Source: Paraspadella gotoi (taxonomy: Eukaryota; Animalia; Chaetognatha). From it: a DNA stretch of 63,751 nucleotides. This document shows, piece after piece, positions 54,501-63,751 of the stretch. Within the stretch, counting starts at the first letter, position 1. The number at the start of each line of letters is the position of its first letter. The position numbers and the translations under genes are program-made. The DNA lies in NCBI GenBank assembly GCA_051294375.1, contig CM119271.1:11172341-11236091 (forward strand), read 5' to 3'. The notes under the pieces were generated by a model. It ran no database searches, had not been told where the DNA came from, and saw only the letters and a program-made list of their open reading frames with translations.

Positions 54501-54809
54501 TCCTTAATTCTTACGCATCGCAGCCAACTCAACTCATAACTTCCTCACCACCATCCCTCATCCCCTTAACCATGCCTCATCCATGCTATAACCAATGGTT
54601 ATTAACCATCCCTCAGCCCCTTAACCCCCCCCCAAAACGAAAAACATAAAAATAGAAATAAATGAATTAGCGTCTCTCCCTAGCCGGGATTCGTCGGCCG
54701 GATTGTCGGCTGGATTGTCGGCTGGATTGTCGGCTCGTCGGACACTCGATTCATTCATGATCTCAAAAGTTGTGGCTTTAATTGAAACGGATCTCTCCTC
54801 TCTCTCTCT

Positions 54810-55030
54810 CGGGTTCTAATCTAATCTCTGGTACTCTCTACCTCTGCCGAAAGCGTCCGAGTACGGCCTGTAAACCTGCCTTGGGGGTAGTGGCAAAACC
54901 CTCAAGCCCTGGTTCAAAGCCCAGGGTACCCCTCCTGCCGTTCCATCGCTGCAACGAGTGCGGATAATCTATTTTGAAGTTCTCACGACAGTCATTCTTT
55001 CACGCTCACGTAAGCTCCTTATCATCACAG
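54810..55030 (+). mobile_element. 5'-truncated, indel-rich SINE copy
   Basis: gccttggggg..aaaaccctcaagccctggttcaaagcccaggg matches 40415-40460. Confidence 0.7.
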
Positions 55031-56558
55031 CTTAAACCTAAACAAAAATTATACCTTACATGTCGTGCTGATATAACGAGTTTCACGCGCATTCTGTTTC
55101 CCATTCAGTTTGTCAAATTTGTTTTCACTCTTTCTCTGTTCTGTTTCTATTTCTGCGCTTAATCTTTCTCTTGTGTGCGTCTTTTCGTGCTTTACAACAG
55201 AGTTGTTCGCGTCCTGCACATTCTGAACTGGCTCCGGCATGCCATAAAAATATAATAGGAAACACTTCGACCAGGATGACAGTAAGCCAACTCCCCATAA
55301 CATATAATCTCTCCAGATATTTGCCTTTCATCAGAAAACTGGGACTTACCAAGAACTAATAGATAATTCTCACACCCTATCACTCCTCGATAAAGATAAC
55401 GCACTAAATTTTATTTTTACATTTTGCTTCTGTTTTGACCCTATTGGTTGACTTACAATTTAATTTTTTATTTCATTTTATTTGTCTAAATTATATATAA
55501 TGAATACATACATCTCATTTAGTTATAGAAAAACAATTTTAATAAAAAACTTTCAAATACGGTAAGCCGCATATTGTAAAAGAAGAACCAAAATTTATTT
55601 CAAAAACTTAAAAACAGTAAACCCAAAAGTAAAAAATAAACAAATAAAAATGCGCGGATTCCAGATTTTTTTCAATAAAATTTCATTTTGTTTCAAATTT
55701 CATCATTTTTTTGCACTTTTTTTCATGGGCAGCTTCTAAAAAATCGTTCTGAGAGTGATTCCTAGTCAATGAAGCTCAGTTGCCAAATTTTAAATTTTAA
55801 AATTTGCATTCAGAAAGAAAGTCTCTCCCTGAGGGTAGTCAAAAGACAAAAACTCCGAGTTAATGGCATTCAACGTCAATTCATATACTTAGCTACATTT
55901 GCGAGTATGCCATTTTGCAATCAGTTTTTGTTTTCATAGGAAAAAATAACCTTAACAAGATTGAATATTTTTTTCTAATTTTTTAATTTGAACTTTATTC
56001 ATAAAGATTTGAAGAATAGAAAAAAAAAGCATACTACCAATGTAGATCATGATTAAAATTTTATCTAATACCAAAGTCTTACAAGGCTATCCTTATCTGT
56101 TTGGAGAGAGAGACCTTCTTTTGAAATTTTTTCACCTTTAGAAAGGCTATACTCGCAAAAAAGTTGATATCTAGAAAAATTTTGGATTTGGTGCATCTTG
56201 TCCTATCGGGAAGAAAGGAAATCAATGACCATTCGGGACGACTTCTTTTTCTTTTTAAATTTTTTTTTTCAGGAATCCGCGCATGAGCAGACTCCCGGTT
56301 AAGTTTTTTAAAATCTTTTTCTGTTAACAAAACATTTTTCTTTTCTTTTGTTTTAAGTTTTATCTTTAACGTTGTCAAGTTTCTTTTTTTTTTGGCTTAG
56401 TTTTTAAATAATTACTCATGATTTTAAAACCCAAAGTAAATATATTTCCTTTTTTTCTTTAACGACCATCAAAAACATGAATATATTAAAATGATTAAAA
56501 GTTATACGATTACAACTTGATAATAAATTAATTTAATCTAAAATCCTACCTTCGACAG

Positions 56559-56800
56559 CTCCTCCCCCCACAACGGAAGCCGCTCCAGCTCACGGCATCG
56601 AACGCTTTTCAACTCGCGGAAGCTCACAGGAGGCAGCCTACGGCAGTGGCAGGAGCAGCAACTACGCACGGCGTATTTGTTTAGACAGCGACTACCGTCG
56701 CAGTAGCATGGAGCAGCACCTTGGTCCTTCCTTTCTTTTTAGACAACGCATAGGAGCAACGGAGACTATTCTAGGACAGCGCTACTCAAGCGGGGTGTGC
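56559..56800 (+). CDS. Possible error-corrupted exon (second half of Ig domain 3); 3' end approximate
   Basis: Acceptor-like cctaccttcgacAG| at an AT-to-GC transition. The phase-2 frame required by exon E is open for about 49 codons, and a later frame gives IGATETIL, reminiscent of an Ig F-G turn. The sequence looks like unpolished read data. Confidence 0.3.
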
Positions 56801-57231
56801 CCTTTAGCGGGTAGGGGCAGCCTTCCTCTTTTGACTGGTTTGTCAGCCACAACATGTTACTTACGACTACTCCGTAAATTATCCCGCCCTCGGCAACAGA
56901 CAGAACACAGCAACTTTCAGTTCGCGTACCGATTCTACTCCACGAACGACGTCTCCCAACGGCAGAACCTCCAACAGAATTCAGTTCGACTGACCGTCCC
57001 TAAGCAAAGCCAACGCTTTACAATGGCTACGGCACCGCACAACATCTAGTCCTCCTACGAACTACCCCAGCTATCCCCAGCTTATCCAGCTCTCTGGCCA
57101 CACGTTACTTCTTCTACTGATCCTTCCTATCTTCCATACTACCTTAGCCTCCAGCGGTCGTGTATGTTCTCTTATTCTTTGTCATCTTCCATTATTACTT
57201 ATTATTTATGTCATTATTATTATTATTATTA

Positions 57232-57262
<31 letters not shown>

Positions 57263-60200
57263 ATTATTATTATTATTATTTAATTATTTTTATTATTATT
57301 ATTATTATTTTTTATTATTATATGTTGTCTTTTTGTTTCGTTTACAAAGCGTTTCTATTTCAGTTGAAACCACGTTTGTTGGCACTTATGATAATCATGT
57401 TCTTTGTCGTTCTTTTTTCTAAAATCCATCCTCATTATTATCCGCTATGTTAGTTTATTTTTATGAATGCAGCCGAAACATGTTCTCTTCTCAACCCTGT
57501 CTGCACCTCTTACCATTCTTGGTGTCAACCACTAAACAACTTCGTCTTGTTCTTACAAAAACCTGTTTCTTCTTCCTACGAAATCCATTCACCATTACTT
57601 CCAACTACACTACTTTAAAAATATTTTTATCAGAAAAAATTTTAATTATTCCAATTCTTATTAACCTATTTCACTCCCCAATAGGCTGGCTTATATTTAT
57701 GTTATTTAGTTACGACACGGGCCCAGCCTTCACTCGGGTTGCGTTCCGGGGCGATATTAATAACACTCATATTTATTGCGAATATATATTTGAACACTAC
57801 GACTCTATTCCTCACTCTCTCGACTCACTCGCATATCCAATATACTTCGGTTATCATCGCCGGCGGCGGTGGGTCAGCCCAAGTTTTCAGCTTAACGGCA
57901 TGTATAACTGGGGGCGGCCACTTTCTAGGTCGCGATGTCGTGGCAGCAGCTTTGGCGGCAGAAGCAAGCAAGCGGTTACGCGCAGCGGCCGACCCCGTGA
58001 AAACGCCGGAAATCGAGCGAGTACCGCTTCCGACAGACCGTCGCTTTAACGATACAGACACACGACAGCGTGGTTCTGCTCATGATATGAGAAGATGAAA
58101 TGACTTAGTTCACACACGCAGAGTGAGCTAATCCGTTCCATAGCTACATCATGAGTATGTCTGCGAAGTGATGGAAGAACTACTCAAAACGACCGTGAGT
58201 CCTTTTGTCGAGCTATTAGTGTATGTGGTTTTGTATCTCAATGTATGAGGTAACTATTCTACAAGAAATGGTTGCAGCTCTTGATCAACTGGCAAGTTAT
58301 TGTATAGTGTTATTCCTTGTATCTCTTTAAGTTTGAATTCCATGATAGTATATATCTGTCTACATTAAGAGGTGAGTTCCCTGTCGCTGTGACATTTTAT
58401 CTTACTATTATACTATTAAAGTAGTTAACTTCTCACCATGATAAGCCTTAGAAACCAAGGAGAAAGTTATTCACTTTACAAATAAATTTGATCTTCTTCA
58501 ATTCTATCCGTAACTTTGTATTTCGCACGATGAAGATCATAAATATGCAATGACTGGTATGACCTCGACTGACGATGATCGAACATGGTAATCGAATGAA
58601 TGTATATTTTGTATTAGAGGAATGATAGATATGAGGAATCACATTTACTGTTGCCGGTTTGCTGAAATTTTGACGTTCCCATTCTTTGACGAACGTCGGA
58701 TATGATATCATGTCCGGACTTGTAGATGTTCCCTTTAATAATACATTCTCCGAAATATGAATATCTGTCTCTCTCATCATCTAGGTCTAATTCAATCTCA
58801 ATCATTTTAACTTATCGGTTCAAGAATCTGGTCGACTCACCATCAGCTCCTACTTCCTGCCCCGTATACCGGGAATTAATTCATCATAGTTATATCCAAC
58901 CGGTCAGACTGCGTCTACTCTCTCTCTCTTCTCTCTCTCTCTCTCTCTCTTCTCTTCACTCTCTCTCTCTTATCTTCTCTCTCTCTCTCTTCGCACTTCC
59001 CTTTACATTCGATCTTTTCTCAGACCTATTTTAAGCGTTTGGCGTAATTCCTATAGTTATTCTGGCATAATATTATATTTATTTAGTGTGGTAGGCTCAC
59101 TCCGAAGAACAGTAGTGAAGGTTATTTATTGTAAGTATTATACATAACGTTTGCTTCTGTGCTTTAGAAGGAATCAGGGTTATCGGGGATTATGGCTTTG
59201 ATTAGGGAGAGAAAAACGTTTTCAAAGTTTTGGTTATTTCTCCTCTGTTAGGGCAGGTAGTGGAATTTAAGGGTTAAGGGCTTAAGAATTAAAATAGTTC
59301 GTTCTATACGGTTGGTAGGGTTCATGGCTTAGTCTAAGTGTTAGGGATGAAGGTCTAGGGATTGATTTATTAACTTTAAAGATAGCATATTAGGTTAAAA
59401 TTAAAATCCTGCAAAAAACTAAAGAGAAATGAATGAGAATTTAGAAAAGAGAGAGAAATGGTTGTTCGATGCAGAGAGAAATGTCGGTCTATGCTTTCGT
59501 CGGAAAAATATCGTCGACAGAATACTGGGTCTGTCTCGTTCGTCAATCGAGAGCAGAATTTCGGTCGATCCTAGTCGATCATCTCTCTCGATGATGCAGA
59601 GAACTATTATCGAATAGTCACATCGCTCTTCATTCCGAAAAGGAGCCTAGCAAGCTCGGGGTGCACTCTTTTCTCTGTAGAGTATATAGAACTATCATTA
59701 CTTCGGCCTCGACTCTATGCGTGAATAGTAGAGTTATTGCGTTACCGCGCAGATAGCCAGACCAAGTGAAGCTCAAAGATTATTCAACTCTTATACATTC
59801 CTCCATCACATTCATCCATACATAAATTAATATCAGCGAGAGACCTCCATCATAAGTCTATATTTATTTAATTTTATCCAAATTGCGATTCGATATAGCA
59901 AGTCTGCCATAACAGGCATGAAACCCACACACACACTACGAATACACTAAAAAAAAAGAAACTTAACACCTTCGAAGGGTCTCTAATCATTTAGCCAGGT
60001 GATTTCCCGGTTACGTGACCGGATTTTGCGCTTGGATCTTTGGTGGGCTTTGGAGTCAGGGCGGATAATTGTGTACTCGGTTCACATTCGACATACTCAA
60101 AAAGTTTTATTATGTTTCACTGAAACAGATACGAAAGTTGGAGCGTGCTTCTTGTTCGTACACAAGTAAAACGCATTCATCGTATCTCGACCTCACTCTT

Positions 60201-62939
60201 CGTCTCTCTCTCTCTTCTCTCTTTTCTCTTCCTCTCTCCTCTCTCTACTCCTCTCAGAGGCTGGTTCGATCTCGTATCTTGCCTCTGTTTGGTTCGTAGG
60301 CTCCTTTCTCTCTTAATCAAATTCATAATAATGGTTTTCAAAAATGTAAATTACTCCTCTCGAGCTCTGCAGTTCCACTCTCTCTCCGTCTCTTCTCCTC
60401 TCCTTCTCTCCACGCTCTTTCTCTCTTCTCTCTTTACTCTACTTCTCTCCTCTCTCTCCCTTGAGGGAGGAAGTACTAATAAAAAAGAAAAAAAGCTTGC
60501 NNNNNNNNNNNNNNNNNNNNNNNNNTGAGAGTATCTCTCTCTTTTCTCTTCTCTTCTGTTACCTCTCCTGGGCTTCCATTTGGTTCGTTGTGCGGCTGGG
60601 ATTCATGCTTTCGTCTCATCTGCTGCTCATCTCCGTTGGACGTCTCCTATCTCGCTCTCTCACTCATCATCTTCCTCTGCTCATGCATTGTCAGAGCCTC
60701 TTCCGATCTCGTTCTCTCCGTCTTCTACTCTTGCTCTCTCTCTGGGCTCTTTTTGCCAGATGGTGTGGTCATCATTTCCCTTTTCTGCTATTAACACTTT
60801 AATGGTTCTTCAAAATGTGATAAGGTTAGGCTCGCGGGGAGGAGTGAGCTGTCACATTTCAGGATGTTTGTTCTCATCTCTTCATTCTGTGCCTCTCTCT
60901 TCGCATCGGCAGGTGTTGGTGGGTTCTCGGGGCGGACGAGGTCTCTGCGGGCGTGGTCGTTCGTGGTGGTCGATCGGCGCGGGGGGGAGGTGTCGTCTCT
61001 CGTCCGTCTCATCTCGTCTCTCCCACCTTGATCGGAGGACAACGTAAGTAAAAAAAAAAAAGCTTGCAAAAAGTACGTACACAACACAGGAAACTGCGAT
61101 TTGGTCGCGTGACGCGGTTGAATAAATAACATACACGAGATATATTAAACTAGAAATCGAAAATGGGCAAGGTTAATAAAGCTCAGAGGAGATATTTCTC
61201 GGCCTTTTTTTTCTATTATCTGACGGAATGGCCGGGGGACAACGATGACTGCCAAGAACCCGCCTACGACCGCTAGAGCTTCTCGACTCCTCATACGACG
61301 GAACTTCAATCAAGCCGGCGAAATAACAGACGCTCTTTATTCAGATGATAGTTCCTACAGCACTAATTTTACACCCGGGTAGCACCATGTGTGTAGCGAT
61401 ATATGCGGGCCCTTCACAGGCGTTTTAAACTCCTTATTTGGTGAAGGACATTATAGATTTTCCAAGTATGAAGGCTTGCAAAAAGTAGTACACACGAACT
61501 GCGATTCGCGGTTTGAAAATGGCAGCTAATAAATCAGAGGAGAAATTTCTTTTTTTTTTCTGACGCCAACGATGACTGCCAAGAACGCGCCAACGCTCTC
61601 CCACGGACTTCAGACCACAAATACGACCTCTATTATTTCTAACACTATTCACCACCTGTGACGATAATGCGCCTTCACGCTTTTAAACTCTTATTTGGTG
61701 AAGATTTAGTTTTCAAGAAGCTGATGTACGAATTTATAAATATTTACAAGTAATTTAGTAAAGTCAAAGATGGGCTGATCTTTCAAAAAATCTAAATATA
61801 TTTTATTAGAAAACTTACTAGATTTAATTTAGTAAATGTATCACTAAATTTACTACTAAAGTTACTAGTAAAGTCAAAGATATTTCGAAAAAATCTAAAT
61901 AGAAAAAGGAGTTTGGTCGAATGAAGCTAATCATTCCTTCCGGTGAAAATCAAATCAAATCCTTCGTTGGTTTCTCCTTCTGAATTTTACTGACCAGAAA
62001 AATTGACTCAACGCTCGAACGAATTTCAACAGAGANNNNNNNNNNNNNNNNNNNNNNNNNNNNNNNNNNNNNNNNNNNNNNNNNNNNNNNNNNNNNNNNN
62101 NNNNNNNNNNNNNNNNNNNNNNNNNNNNNNNNNNNNNNNNNNNNNNNNNNNNNNNNNNNNNNNNNNNNNNNNNNNNNNNNNNNNNNNNGAGAGAGAGAGA
62201 GACAGAGACTCAACGAAATTGGTTAGCACGTCATACTTTAATTTTAAACAGTGCATAATTACTATTATTGCGTTCCGAGTTTTTAAAATCATTTCATCAT
62301 CTCCCACCACCAACCCTCCCTATCTTCCCCTAACCAAATCCCCCNNNNNNNNNNNNNNNNNNNNNNNNNNNNNNNNNNNNNNNNNNNNNNNNNNNNNNNN
62401 NNNNNNNNNNNNNNNNNNNNNNNNNNNNNNNNNNNNNNNNNNNNNNNNNNNNNNNNNNNNNNNNNNNNNNNNNNNNNNNNNNNNNNNNNNNNNNNNNNNN
62501 NNNNNNNNNNNNNNNNNNNNNNNNNNNNNNNNNNNNNNNNNNNTTTTTTTTTTTGTTTTAGATTATTTATTTTTAAAGATTAATTTAAGGTGCTCATTAT
62601 TTCTTACATAAGAGATACGTAATCAAGTAACTAACTGAATAAATAAAAGATAAATAAATAATTAGATTATTAAATAATGAAATAAATAAATGAAAAAGAA
62701 TAATCAACGCTCAAGAAAAAAATAAAGCTAAAAACTAACAAAACAAACTAANNNNNNNNNNNNNNNNNNNNNNNNNNNNNNNNNNNNNNNNNNNNNNNNN
62801 NNNNNNNNNNNNNNNNNNNNNNNNNNNNNNNNNNNNNNNNNNNNNNNNNNNNNNNNNNNNNNNNNNNNNNNNNNNNNNNNNNNNNNNNNNNNNNNNNNNN
62901 NNNNNNNNNNNNNNNNNNNNNNNNNNNNNNNNNNNNNNN

Positions 62940-63091
62940 CGCGGATCAAATGCTCCGACTCTTACGTCGTCCACGGATTCCAAGACACCAACATCACGTG
63001 CGACATCTTGTCCAACCCCGCGGTGCCGAGTCAGAACGTGTCGTGGCGGACGTCGGAGAATTTCGGGGTCAACGGGTTGAAGATCGTCAAG
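62940..63091 (+). CDS. Ig gene exon (5' end in gap): first half of a further Ig domain ((P)RIKCSDSYVVHGFQDTNITCDILSNPAVPSQNVSWRTSENFGVNGLKIVK)
   Basis: Open frame, donor AAG|GTgagg; shares P...C...C....NP.VPSQN.SW with exon E. Confidence 0.88.
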
Positions 63092-63751
63092 GTGAGGTCG
63101 GGAGGGGGGGGGTAAGGTTATCCGGTTCGGCGAGCGGGTGAAGTGAAGAGTGAAGTGAGCGGAGAATCAGGATCGGATCGAATCGAGGTTTTTCTCAGTG
63201 AATCTCATCCGTCAATTAGGCAGTTAGTTGGGATGGTCCTGTCTCGGAGCATATATACAATCAGTTTTCTTTTCTTTTTTTTTTTTTTTTGAAACTAATT
63301 ATTTATTCTATCGATCAGTGAGTGAAGCAGTTTCATTTATTTTTCATGTCAGTCATAGCATCACAGATGGAATCAGAACCGAAAATGGAATCGGTGAGTC
63401 AAATAGTCGTAACATTTGATCTGTCAATATAGAAATTCTGTCTAAAAGTAATCTATCATTCAATCGATCAGTCAACTCAGTCAAACAATCAAAATATCAA
63501 GCGTTAAATCAGTCAATCAAATCAGTGAATCAATCGGTCAGTCACTGAATGGATCGGTCACATATTCAGTCACTCTCTCAAACTCCGCGCCCTCATCACG
63601 TTTTCCGTGAGGTCATCTCACAAATTCACACATAAAAAAAAAAGAACAATGGAACGAAAACCGACGAAAAAATCTGCGAACGCGGAGTCGTTCGACCGAA
63701 GCGACGCGAAGCGGCGAAAAAAGAAAGAGAGAGAATATAAATCTTTTTTTT

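Overview
Eukaryotic, probably invertebrate, draft-assembly DNA with about 11 N-gaps and very dense (GA/TC)n, (GAC/GTC)n, (CAT)n and (ATT)n microsatellites. Almost all ORFs in the supplied track are low-complexity artefacts. The one real gene is a multi-exon immunoglobulin-superfamily cell-surface protein on the + strand (V-set + C2-like + at least two further related Ig domains). Its exons are 21002-21169, 32421-32555, 39805-39880, 40618-40805 (GC donor), 44083-44201, a possible error-ridden exon near 56559, and 62940-63091. The first five splice in frame; both gene ends are unresolved. Introns and flanks hold small mobile elements: a miniature LTR retrotransposon (TRIM-like, full element and solo LTR at the same ATAT site in the two arms of a ~6.5 kb inverted duplication), a tRNA-derived SINE, MITE-like elements with telomere-like cores, and Helentron/DINE-like elements. 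The most unusual signal is that two unrelated LTR-type elements carry primer-tRNA sequence, CCA included, far beyond the normal 18-nt primer-binding site: a near full-length tRNA-Trp-like cloverleaf in the TRIM, and the 3' 42 nt of tRNA-Leu fused to an LTR-like segment. Much of the window looks like unpolished long-read gap-fill (25-N gaps, indel-rich duplicates, likely SMRTbell adapter remnants), so the large duplications may be artefacts. tRNA and adapter identities come from remembered consensus sequences, not from a search.
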